From Botryllus schlosseri (taxonomy: Eukaryota): a stretch of DNA of 64,000 nucleotides. Shown one piece after another: positions 12,700 through 24,630 of the stretch. The DNA lies in contig CM119382.1 of NCBI GenBank assembly GCA_051294905.1, forward strand, positions 992,001 through 1,056,000, in the 5' to 3' direction. The translations under genes were made by a program, and so were the position numbers. A model generated the notes under the pieces. It was not told the DNA's origin, ran no database searches, and was given only the letters and a program-made list of their open reading frames with translations. Within the stretch, counting starts at the first letter, position 1. Every line of letters begins with the position of its first letter.

Positions 12700-13720
12700 T
12701 GTATTCAAACCCTACCACCCGTAATATACGGGTGTGAATATACACATGTGGAACACCAAACTAGAACCTACCTCACACATTATGTTATTACACAACATTT
12801 AATTCAAGTGATACTTGCACGTAGTCACGTAGGATTAACAACCGCGATATAACTCTGAGTTAGGTTCTGTTTTCGTGTACCACCTTTCGGGTTTCCGCTA
12901 AGAGTGTAGCACTTCGAACACACTGACTGCAAGATTTGGGAAGATGACTAAAATTTTTATCGGTAGAGCTGAGAGATGTGGTGTGTTCGAAAATGTAGAG
13001 CACGTAATTCATACTTTTACATCTTCGGACGGGCCCGTTGTTTAGGCTTACCATATTTCGGAAATGAAAAAAGAGGACACATTTTCAGAAATTTCAGACA
13101 TGCAAAACTGGAGAAGAATTCTCAAAAACCGGTAAATTTTTCCCACTTCATGATCGGTTGACTAAAAAAAAAAGGTCATCACTTCCGCTCAGAGCTCAAA
13201 ATCACGTTTTTCACTCCACATTGCCAGGTGGATGACTAAAAAAAAAAAAAAGAACGTCTTCTTTTCGCTCAGAGCTGATATCACCACTTTTCCCTCCGAA
13301 ATACCCGCCGGAGCTTCACTTCTGTGCTAATTTGCGGCATATCACTCGCAATTTCCTCTAAATCTGACCTAAATTTTCAAAAAAGAGGACAAAATCTCAA
13401 AAAAGAGGACAAAAGGGCGTCCTCCGAGGACACTTTCAAAAAAGTCAAAAAAGAGGACAAATCCTCTTAAAAGAGGACGTATGGTAAGCCTACCGTTGTT
13501 ATCAATTAATTCGCTGCGTGTTATTATTTCGTTAACTTCCATCCGTTGGGCACGTGCGTACCACAGTGTATAACCGTACAAAGCTAATGGAATCGTCCAA
13601 ACATACCAGACTAGGCTATAAAGAGATACTTCTTTCGTGAGCCGCACACGATTCCTAATCGTCATTTCATCACGGAGTGCGTTACTGTATCCTGAGGAGA
13701 TCAGATTGCCAGGACAGCAC
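12700..13720 (-). pseudogene. Possible GPCR TM5-ICL3 remnant split by a Blackjack-type MITE
   Basis: Removing 13043-13500 joins ORFs 13369..13665 and 12860..13054 in frame (IDNNG|PVRRCK), about 135 open codons with LYSLVWYVWTIPLALYGYTLWYARAQR. Confidence 0.35.
13043..13492 (+). mobile_element. hAT-Blackjack-type MITE
   Basis: TIR taggcttaccata / tatggtaagccta; aagaggac subterminal repeats; perfect TSD ccgttgtt. Confidence 0.9.
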
Positions 13721-16700
13721 TATTCGGCGCCAGGAATTTGGGTGCATGTGGACAATTCAACGTGTATTGTAGGCCTATATATCGAAGGTGTGGTGATCGC
13801 TATCGTCTCATTTCTGTTTTGTTATTAGTGCTTAATTGGTTGATTGTCTGAACGTTATCTGATGCAAGCCTATAAACCATTGCGTTTCGTTGTTTGTCAA
13901 TCAATCAGTGAACAGATTATATTTTAATCTGCCCAAGACACACACACAACGCATAATGCGATATACAAGACACACAATGCGATGTAATGAACAGATAGGG
14001 AGATGAGGAACGACCAACCAGTTGGGGTCTCTTGAACTGGCATCCACCTCGACCTAGTGCCCGATGTCACAGTTTTTTTCGATGTTGTCTTATTAATAAA
14101 AGTCTTGGATGTACAGAGGTGTGGTCGATTCACGTCGGAAGGTTAGGGCCAACGTGCGGGATCATTTTCGGCAGATATTTTGGCAGCACAATTCGGGCAT
14201 AGTCTCATATTGTCCGATCTGTTATGTCTTGGTCTGCCGGCAATGGCAGGCGCAGAAGTTTTACTATAAATTATGCTTAATTTATTTTGGGTGGGGAATG
14301 ATGCTCATATCAAAATGAAGACACCTAGCGACATTAAATCGCGCGAGGCGTGAGTAAAATATTCGATTTGTGTAAATTTTCCCAAAATATCATGTAATTT
14401 ATGTTGATTTATGTAATAATTTCGGGCCCCCTTCGATCCCGCCCCCAATTGTTTCTTATGTGGTCAGATCACTGTTCAACCTACGAAGTCGCTGGTGGTA
14501 ATTACAAAAAGTTCACCACTTTCGTCCAAGCACCACTGGCTGTCCCTTGCGCTAATCTACAAGCTTTTGACCAACGGCACCTTTGCTGTGAGTCATAAAA
14601 ACGAACATCTATCATACTACACATTTAATACATTAGAATACAGGTGTAAAAAATGAACTGCGCGTCAACGATGGTGTTAAATAAAACAACCATTAAAGCA
14701 TCACCACAACAACAAAAAATCAGATTGATTCAACAGTGACGTCTTTTCCGAGTACCTGTTACGTCGTTAAGGTCATTTGTAGATGCGAAACATAGATCCG
14801 CAAGGAGTATATTCTCTACTTTTAAAAGACATCGAACAACTATAGCGGACATCCGTCGAGGGTACACGAAATCGATTAACCATTCTCCTATCACACGCGA
14901 ATGAGGTCACGCTCCCGCTTCCGTTGTCGAGAAACGAGACAAAAATCGAATCGTCTTTAAAAAAAGAAGCGGACGCCAGGAAACGTTATTCCGTCGAATG
15001 GGAGCCAAATGAAACGCAGAATAGAAAAGCTGTGATTGAAATCGATGAGATCTCAATTCCGACTACTGTGAGTTGGCTTCGAACCATGCTTGGACTATTA
15101 GATAATTTTGGTTGTATATCTATAATCTAAAGGACTTTGCGACGGACGTTCGGTATACATAGATTATATAAAACGTTGTCTTGTCCTTGATGCTTTTGCG
15201 GCATATACACCGACTCATGATATAGCCTACATGCACACGATCTTTGCATATGCGTACCATGAGTGCATAATGTGTATATGCCGCTGGACAATAAAGGTAT
15301 AGAAACAGCCTTGTTAGATTTTCTCAGTCTTGCACCACCCCTCCCTGCTATCCCGGTAATGCTGGACGCCAATCGGGAAAGCCATGGTTACCAGTGTTAA
15401 TAACCAGATCTAGCTAATTTATATCTAATTTCTGGTTATATTGGTAATGCTATGTGAAAACCGCACAGTGTCAAACGACCTAAGCCAATTATCGTACTTA
15501 TTGGAATGAGCTCCGATTTGATATGAACTGAACTTTATTTATATTACATTTAATACGGAATTGAATTCAATTTCCAAGATTTTCCGAATTCGAACTCCAA
15601 TTCGAATCAAATTTGAAATAGAAACTGTCTAGATATCATTCTGATTTGATTCCAATTTAGAACAGCTGAAAATCGGCGAATAGTTGGCCAATTCTTGCTT
15701 AGGGCGTTTCAGGATTAGGGATATGCGCATTTTCTGTTGTTTGTGGTATTCATGGTGTTTGTCGACTACAATGTTCATTTGCACCTGGCCGATATTTAAT
15801 ATTGCTGCCGACTTGTAGCACGGCCCATTTCTAGATAAACCTGCAACACTTGGGTAGGAATTCTGGAGTCGACCTCGATGCATTTTCTGTCTTGGCATCA
15901 CGACAGAATACATGCATGTGCGGGCTTACTATTTCACTCTCTCGGATTTTAACGGATCAGTAACAAGCGATAAAACCAAACTTATCGTAAGGCCTGTATC
16001 CTAAACATCAATGTCAGCAGAAATTCCACCACTTCATCAACTTCGATCATCAGTCAGAAACCGCACGAAAAGCGAAGGCCGCAATTACATGCTCGGAACC
16101 CGACCGCAATTTTGCAAGGCGACTTCTAAATTTCTAATTGCTGTCGTACAGAATTGAAAACTTCCCGTCGAATATTTACAAGCATGCATAAGGTTTACTT
16201 TCCGTCGGTGACAGCGGATTGCCACGCTATGTATCGCGAGTAGGCAAACCTCTGCCGCCAGCAGTATCGAGGCAAGAACTTGAATGAATCGTGAGACAGC
16301 AATAAACCAAGAAGATAACATCGTACGAGAGAGTATAAGGTCTGTGTTCGTGAGGGCAGGATATTCTGAAACAAGGGATTAATCGCTATCTCATGCAAAC
16401 CAAATCCAGTATCTATTAATTAGACACGGCGATAACGCCCTAGGCTTAAAAATAAATCGCTCCTATTTTAGCAAGTATATACATGCCAGTGGAGTCGTTT
16501 TAGGGTTGCGCTAAACTTAAAACATACTTGGACAACTAGAAAAATTTCAGCTTTTAGTTTAGATTAGATTTGAATTGAAGGTAAATACTTTTGCAAAATT
16601 GGACTAGACTTAGAACTGTAGCTTCACTAATTTCTAAAATTAGATTGGAATCAAAATTGCTGAATTCGAGAAAACTTTGACATATAGAATGGACTTCATT

Positions 16701-17016
16701 TCATAAAAAATCAGTATTCAGTGTTCACGAGAATGGCAAATGTCTGTACAGTACAGCAAGCTTGACTCGTTTCGCGCTATAAGCCCACAGTTCTCCTGTA
16801 GCCTTTTCATGATAAACAGAAACTAGATTACAATTAAAATTAGAACAAAGAAACATTCACAAATTATAGTTTGAGTTAGATTTCTGGTATTTCGCACTAA
16901 TTAGCCTAATTAGGGAACTACGATTATCAAATTGTCCCAGGCTGGTTGCAGATTTCAATTCCCCGTTGAAAAAGCAAAGTTAATATATTCGTATGTTTTC
17001 ACAGTTACAATTCAAA

Positions 17017-17182
17017 ATGAGATACATATTTTGTTTATTGCTGATCGCTGTGTTGTGCGGGCTAGCGACCACGAATTCGGTCGTAAAGGTGTCCCCAAGA
17101 TTAAGGAAGATTATCTGTAGGAAATGTTTCGGGAGGATGTATCGATATTGCTCGGCGAGGATGAGACTGACAAAACGCAGCG
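17017..17182 (+). CDS. Secreted cationic Cys-peptide precursor, coding exon 1 (signal peptide + peptide 1)
   Basis: ATG lies 12 nt after a ttttcacag acceptor. MRYIFCLLLIAVLCGLATTNSVVKVSPRLRKIICRKCFGRMYRYCSARMRLTKRS, then a phase-1 gtaagt donor. Confidence 0.72.
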
Positions 17183-17250
17183 GTAAGTTTGCCATCCATG
17201 TCAGAGTTGAACGACTTGAATGTTTTCAGCTTTTTCGCAACACATTGAAA

Positions 17251-17838
17251 CAATGGTTTCCAAACTTTTTCAGCTTATGGCGCACTGGAAAAATTATAAA
17301 ACACTCGCAGCACACTTAAGCTAAGAAAATTGCTATTAAAAGATAGATGTTGTTGTTTATATGAACAGAACATATACAACAGAAAAAAGTAGCATTGTTG
17401 ACAAACATACCGGAATTTCATCTTTAATTCCAAGCAGTGACTCTCATCTAGCTTTTAATTTCAGTCAAAAAAGAGAAGCCATGTTCAGATAGTCACGAGG
17501 ATGGAAATATTATCATCGTTTGGATTGTTTTTGCACCGATTAGGGAATAGGATTTGAAAGCAGACAGCCAGATCTCGCCTAATTTCATTTGTAGAAACAG
17601 CTTTTTTATAAAATGGGCATTTTCGTAAATGCTGAAATAATACTTGACTTAATTATCATGCCATGTTTGGTCTCATCGTGATTATTTATCAGCTGTTGAA
17701 GAAGTTAGACCGCCTTTAAGTCGTATGGGGTGGTCTGCCGGCCTTTTAAAAATATTTGTACAGTTCTTTTCTAAAAAATCCAAAAGTATTCGTGGCACGC
17801 CTGATGATCTGTGGCGGCACACTGTTTCGAAATCACCG
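17251..17838 (+). mobile_element. hAT-type MITE in the peptide-gene intron
   Basis: Ends caatggtttccaaac / gtttcgaaatcaccg; TSD degraded. Confidence 0.55.
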
Positions 17839-18220
17839 GATTAGAATGCTAGCTACGCATTAATTCAAATTAGAGTTAGAATTACTGCATTCGCAAAAGC
17901 TTGGAAAAAGAGTTAAAGTCCAGATTAGAAATAAATAAAACGAAAATGAAGTTCATATCAAATCGAAGTTTATTCTAAGAACGATAATGGTAAATGTCTG
18001 TACAATGACCTTGACTCGTTTCGCACGAGATAGTTCCCCTGTAGCAATTTCAGGAAAAGCAGAACTTAGATTCGAATTAAAATAAGAACATAGAGACATT
18101 TCGCAAATTAGATTATATTTAGATTACCGATATTTCGCTCTGACCGGATAATTAGACCCCCATATCGTCTGATTCTTGTCGATATCGCTGTTTGCTTACA
18201 ATTGGTTCTTTTACGCGCAG

Positions 18221-18348
18221 TCGGCGACGTATCGAGCAGCGTTAACGACCATCACTCAAGGCCAAAACGCGCGGCTTATCGGAAAGTTCGCATCCAGTTG
18301 AGAAGCTGCAGCGTCTGTCGGGACATTTGCTATAAGAAAAGGATTTGA
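18221..18348 (+). CDS. Secreted cationic Cys-peptide precursor, coding exon 2 (spacer + RPKR + peptide 2)
   Basis: ggttcttttacgcgcag acceptor, phase 1; VGDVSSSVNDHHSRPKRAAYRKVRIQLRSCSVCRDICYKKRI*. Confidence 0.68.
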
Positions 18349-18484
18349 TGTCACTCCGTCTTCGCAAAAGGTTGCAGACATAGAAGTAATGCCCACGATC
18401 GCGAGTCCGGGCGAAGAATATACTCGACGAACTCTGGACAATTTCTCTCACTAATTCCGGTCGAAGTACTTTGTACAGCGATAG

Positions 18485-18886
18485 AGAGAGAGAGAGAGAG
18501 TCTTTATTTTCATCGAACCAAAATACATAACAAACGGCAGTGATGGTGGTACAGAAAATATGCGTGCACAGTATTCGGTATTAGATAGGAATGATCGATA
18601 AGACCGTGAAGGTCATCTAGTCTGATCACACCAGCATCAAACAGGTACACAGTCTGGCTGTAAAGAAGGAAAATAGAAAAAAAATTAAACAATGGTGGCA
18701 AATGATCAATGAAGCAATGTCTGGGCGAGGTAGGGCAACAGTGTTAGTGTAACGACAAGAGGTGATCAAGTAGGGCTTTTTTGAATCTATTATAAGGCAA
18801 TTCACGGATATGTGGTGGTAATGCATTCCAGATGATAGGTCCCGAGTAGTCGATAGATCTCTTAGTTAGGTTGCTATTGGGTGGGG
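18485..18886 (-). mobile_element. Second, shorter copy of the same LINE
   Basis: Near-identical to 4463-4890 apart from two small indels; possible TSD gatag. Confidence 0.85.
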
Positions 18887-19559
18887 GATAGTAAGATATC
18901 AAGTGATTCAATCGCATTGTAGTGAAACAGCATAATGTTCCGTGGAGTATACTTGTGAATCTAATTTATTCAATTTATACAATTTACATCGTAATCGTAA
19001 ATGCAGAGCTAGAAAACTCCAAAATATCAGCCCTTCCAAAGTAGATTCGAAGTCGAATGACTGAATTCGCAAAAGCTTGTGAATATACGTTATTTCCGGA
19101 TAAGGAATAAATGCAATAGCAATCAACTTTAGTTCAATCAAACAAAAGTCTATTCTCATATGCGTACAATATCTGTACAACCAGCTTGGCTCGTTTCACG
19201 CTATACAGTTCTCCTGTTAACGTTTTCTGGAAATCCATCAATTTGGTTAGAATTAAAATGTGAGCATGGAAGCACGTCCCAATTTAATTACAATCACAAG
19301 AGAGCTGGAACTATCTAGCTAGTTGCCCAAGTACGCGCGAATGACTAATCACGGTATAACATTTTTCACCCCCAATTCTGTTGCATTCTGTGATGCAACA
19401 ATATGTCGCCAGCCGAAATTTCTTGCAATCCACCGAAAATACGGACGTGTACTATATTTTATGTTGCTATTTATTCGTGTTTTGCTGTTCTCCATTTGAT
19501 ACCGAATATTTAACCAGGAATTTTTTGTAGAGAGTCATAATATTTACAAAACTGGACTT

Positions 19560-20200
19560 TGCGAACGCAGAATGTGCAGCTCGTCGACCTACGCTGCGAT
19601 TCTAGATCTAGAGAAGTAATTGCGAGATCTTCAGCGATAAAAAATAATCGAAGTTGAAGACTGAGGATGACCGAGGACATGAAATGTTATGAACTCGCTT
19701 TTTGATAGTCACTCACGATATCTATAGAAGAACTATTTCTGATGTTCGGCTTTATTGCGAGCTTTGCACGATATATGATTCTATTTTGAAATAAAAATCA
19801 TTGAAATTCCGGAACACGTCCGTGTTTGGAAGGCTACAGACGAGAAAGATGTCGCCGATTATGATTTAGCATCGACTTTCACATTGAAGCCAATACCGTC
19901 AAATGAAGGTAGTGTCATCAATCGCAATGACTAGGCTAAAACATCAAAGTGCAGTATCAGCATTAAGTTATTAGGAATTTCATCATTTCGAAACACCACA
20001 AGACTGTGATGCAATGAAAAGATAGAAAAGTGACTTGACGACATGAAGTAGTCTTTCAAATCAGACGCCAACCTGGGCCTAGTCAATGTAAATAAGAGGC
20101 TTGCATGCTGGATGGAAAGAAATAAGGGGTAACGTAAAACGACTAATGATGAAAATGAATAACGTATGTGTCAATAGGCGAGGTTGATATATCGGGTCTT
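19560..20200 (-). pseudogene. Decayed GPCR paralogue, inverted relative to 21250-23230
   Basis: The reverse complement of 19960-20160 aligns by eye to 21268-21348 + 22485-22610 (ctaggcccaggttggcgtctgatttgaaagactacttcatgtcgt vs ctaggccaaggtgggtgtctgatttcaaagactactccatgtcgt). Also GDIFLVCSLP (TM6-like) and QSSTSIIFY (TM7-like); many stops. Confidence 0.45.
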
Positions 20201-21249
20201 GATCCGTTTAACTTGCGGGCTGACTCGTATTCCTTATCAATATGCTCTGAAACATTTTATTTTATTTACGCAATAGAGGTCGACCGTCAGATGGAATGAT
20301 TGTTCAGGCGTGGAATTCCTCCGCTGAATATCTTTCATACGGGAAATAAAACCTTGATGATCATGCCATTTTTGTACGTACCCGAAATTGAAGAATTAAC
20401 GCAACAATTCTATGAGCGAGCCGTGAACTGTCACAACCAACTTTGACGGGACGAAAACGAATATCGCGATCTCTAATTGGGACTTAAATCAGACAAAATC
20501 GACAGTATTTATTCCCGTGCGGATAATGACTTTCGCTTCGCACGGGTTAACTCCGGTAGGTATGATAAAAATGATAAAATGACCGCAAAATTGTTGGATA
20601 GGTAAAAAGCCTAGCGCCGGTGGCGCCTTTGATGTTGGCGGGCGAGAAATAGATAACGAATCGTTTGATTTACAAAGCGCGTTTTGATGACTTTGTAACG
20701 CTACTCGGATGAATCAGTACCTTATACACAGGAAGCTTATACGCGTATACAACACTGGGGTGCGGGGGTGCAGGTGGAAAATACGTATTTACACCGGGAT
20801 TGGTAAAATAGATAGGCCTAATTCTATAGTTGCCGTATTAGACTAATCAGAGCGAAATAGAATTTGTGAGCTGTTTCTATGCCCTCATTTTACCAATTTA
20901 TTCTAATATCTGGTTTAACCTGCAAATGCCATACTGGAGAACTCTATCGTGCTAAACGAGACAATCTTAATGCACTATATGCACAAATGAACATCCATTG
21001 TCCATTCTAATGCTTATGATGATGAACTTTGAATTGATATACCGAACCAGATATTTGTTGTTTTCCTATATTAGTTTCCAGTTTTTGTGAATTGAGTAAT
21101 TTCAATTGTGATCTAATTTGTATCAAACTGTGTAGCTATGATTCTAATTCTAATCTACTTTGGAAAGACAGAAAATGTTTTGTTTTCAACTCTGCGTTAC
21201 ACCTCCGTGTGTTTGATCAGAATTGAAAGCTTGCTCGACGTTTATCACA

Positions 21250-23230
21250 ATACGCCAACCTCATGCCACTTCATTTTGTCTATTGCTTTCTATCTTATCT
21301 TCATACTTTTCATTCAGTGTGCATGCCTCCTCTTTACATCGCCTAGGCCAGGGGTGGGCAAACAACGGCCCGCATCACCGTTCTGTGCGGCCCGCGAGAG
21401 TCTAAAGAATTCTTTTTTAATATTGAATCGAAAAATCGAAATAATGTAGGGACTTGATTAAACTATTTCTTCGTATATTTCACCATAATAATAATTCTAA
21501 TACAGTAGTTCTGAAACGAGGGGCGAGAAATCATCAGAAATGGGGCGCGAAGCTGAGCTCAACTGAAAATTTTTTTCGCGCTTCGCGCGATTTGCCAACG
21601 GTCTAATAATTGTTGCTCGCATTTTTCGCATTTTTAAATCTATCATTTATAGTCGTAACATTTCATAACATGAAACTATCCGTTAAGTTGGCTAGCAACC
21701 TGGTGGCGTTTTGTGATATGACGATAAGGGGGCGCGAAATCTTTCACCATCATAAGGCGTGTCTTGAAAAGCTTGAGAACTACTGTTCTAAGGTAAATAC
21801 TTCCTATGTTATTTTTCTGTTTAATTTCTTGCGCGACAGCCCGATCTCAAGGCCCACACAGTTTGAAAGGTTTCAACTGCTAAACAGCACATAAATCCTA
21901 AACGAGATTGGCATAATTCGGATCACGAGTGGGATTTCAAATTGGCCACTCGATACAGTTTTAATTATTTCAGTGAAGTGTTTATAAAAATCGATTAGCG
22001 TGTGTCTTGGGTAGATTCGTATGCGTAGAATTGGAGCATTTATATTTTATCTACACATAGTAGAAGCGTGTTTGAAGCTAACATGGTTATGATTCTGTGA
22101 GCATTGTAGGCTATGTCCTGGAACTGAACCAAAAGTTAAATTAGTAAATCTATGAACACATCGCTGCTCGCAGATTTAAATTTCCATCCTGTTCTAAGAA
22201 TCGGGACAACCGACTTTCATCTCTATAGTATTGACAAATTGGTTATTGAGGTCGACCAGCGTATGAAATCTCGCTACTATGTCTTTGACGCGTGTACGAT
22301 ATCATCAAAGCAATGTTTGGTATGTTTTAAATATGCACATATATTATCTCCATGTCCTCACTATATAATCAAATACCGATATTACGTTTTGGTTCATCCC
22401 ATTTCATATAGTGCGGCCCGCGAATGGATTCAGATGTTGAATGCGGCCCCCGAGCTCAAAAGTTTGCCCACCCCTGGCCTAGGCCCTAGGCCAAGGTGGG
22501 TGTCTGATTTCAAAGACTACTCCATGTCGTATCGACACCATCCTATCTTTTCATTGTGTCGAATTTTGTGTTGTATAGAAATGATAAAATTGCTAATAAA
22601 CCAATGATGATGAAAAAATACTGCCAGTTTGTATGTATATTTTTTTCGTCTATTGGTGTGACAACTAAAAGCCTTTCCATCTATGTACGACGATATAAGT
22701 TGGCGTATCCGTACTCTCCCTTTGTTTTAGTCTTGATTTTTTTCGTGCCTATGCGTTGTGGGAAGAGAAAACATTCAATTGTAAACGCGAACGTTGGAAT
22801 TTGGTTCAATATTTGTATTATTCAATCTCCATTCGGGTTTCTACGGAGTCCTGGGACATTTTGAGTGGAACTATTATACGGCCCACGTTGCTTGCATACC
22901 TCGGTTTCGCATTGGTACATTTCTTCAGAAAACTCTTGAGTGTACACTGTTTCGTCTTCAGCGAATTTTCTGTCGATATCACCGACTTATTATTTATCAC
23001 TGGCCACTATAAAACAGTTGCTACCTTCCTATTTCTCGTACCCACTTTTGATTCATTCCGTCTTCATTCCCTACAACCGAAAACCTTCACCCACCCCTTA
23101 GAAATGCTCCCTCCAATAAAATTTAGTAACACTTTGTTTTGTACGGACTTGCTATTAGTGAAAGTCGCAGTATCGAACACTCACAATAAAATTAACAGAG
23201 CGGAGATCTTCTAAACGTAAATGCATTGTC
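21250..23230 (+). pseudogene. Decayed class A (rhodopsin-like) GPCR interrupted by a MITE
   Basis: Fragments across frameshifts: FILSIAF / VSDF (TM2), YCQFVCIFFSSIGVTTKSLSIYVRRY (TM3, DRY-like), VGIWF...SPF (TM4 Trp), GHFEWNYYTAHVACIP (ECL2 Cys). Confidence 0.55.
21349..22476 (+). mobile_element. hAT MITE with a second hAT MITE nested at 21503-21785
   Basis: TIR caggggtgggcaaac / gtttgcccacccctg, perfect TSD gcctaggc; inner element cagtagttct / agaactactg with TSD ttctaata / ttctaagg. Confidence 0.87.
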
Positions 23231-23711
23231 GCGCTTTCCTGAATATGTATAAAGTATAGACTGTGTCGTTTGAAAATTTTCCAATTTTAACAAGGCAGGG
23301 TTAAGTAAATAAGTTAATGTCGACAATACAACTTTGAGAATCACTTTGTGTGATAAGCTTCCTCATGGTGTTGACGAACTTACACAAGACGTACTCTACT
23401 ATGAGGGCGAGTCCGCTATCCCCGTGAATATTAAAACGGCATTAGATATTGCAAAGGACAACAACTTAAAGAATAAATACAAATACAATAAAAACCGCCG
23501 CACTCTTCGCGTACCTCTGAAAAAAGCTCTCTCGTGTACCGCTAGTGTACCGCCACCACAGTTTGGGAACCACTGCTCCACAGCGCTTTGTGGTTGTAGC
23601 CGATAAAAGGCAAACCAGCTTCGTTGAGGTGCGGTGATCACTGATCACAGTAGCCTAAAACGGCAGAGCGTTGTCGTTACAATCACCCACAGCACTTAAA
23701 AAGCAACCAAA

Positions 23712-24630
23712 TCAAAATATTTCAAATAAAACAGCTGCAGCAGCGTCTTCTCTTCGACTAGGTTCGTCTTCATGATTGCCCGCAGAACAAAACGGAAAAA
23801 TTGTCTTCATCCAGTCTGGGAAAGCGGCCACAACCATCACCATGTTAGTGAAGACTATTAGTTGCACTGCCATACCGATGATCACTCCCAGCCTCTTGAT
23901 GTAGATAGCGCACAGCGTGAACCCAGTAACGTCCGTGAAGGCACAGACAGACGCACAGACCAAGGATCTGCGAATCACCGGAGTCATATCAATGGTGGAA
24001 GCCTGGTTCTCCGTACTATACCTCATAAGCGGCCGCACCAGAGTCCATAAAATGGCCGGATGGAGTAACACTGAACCGACCGCGCTGGATATCCATGGAA
24101 CATTCGCGGGAAGTAATGATCCTGTTACGGTACAACCAGAACCTTCCACGGCAAAGCAGTATGCAGTCGCGTAGATACCGGTGTTGATGAGAGGGAATAC
24201 AAGGGATAAGGCGAGAGAGAGTCGCCTCAACATCCGGAGTCCAGAAATTGTGAGATGCACGAGACCCGGCTCCTGATAAAGGGTGCTCTGACGCGCCCAG
24301 AAAGTTAGATATGAAGTCAAGAGTGCCAGATTGCCCGAAGTTACCTTCACCAGCTTAGTCGGGGCGCAGAGCGCGTGTGCGAAGTAGTCGACTACAACCT
24401 CTTCGAAGATGTCCGAGCCGAACGTACAGGCAGAGCAGACCACGCACAATATAGAGAACCTGCCAAGCCACGGATTGGTGGGAGGGTCAGCTCGCGGAGA
24501 TAACGTGTTTCCGAATCAGAGCGGATGCGAACCAGATCGAAACGAACAGGTAAAGGCTGGTAGTCGATCCGAGAAGCTCCCATTCGACCCGATTTTTCGT
24601 CACAATCACGGAAACGTTTCCCGTCTTCAT
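23712..24630 (-). pseudogene. Intronless 7TM (GPCR-like) gene with one frameshift near 24480-24500
   Basis: ATG at 24630 gives MKTGNVS...LLGSTTSLYLFVSIWFASALIRKHVISAS* (TM1). The +1 frame continues ...WLGRFSILCVVCS... into ORF 23712..24449 with six more hydrophobic helices. Removing one base gives 305 aa. Confidence 0.78.

Noticed and set aside
13369-13500. Most 60-130-aa ORFs in the track (e.g. 2899, 6090, 22152, 37431, 54881 termini)
   Set aside because: They run through MITE or repeat sequence, or are exon read-through into introns
16085-16398. Hydrophobic ORFs (ASILLAAEVCLLAI; WRQRFAYS) as another 7TM or peptide gene
   Set aside because: Fragments are in different frames with no consistent architecture or splice support
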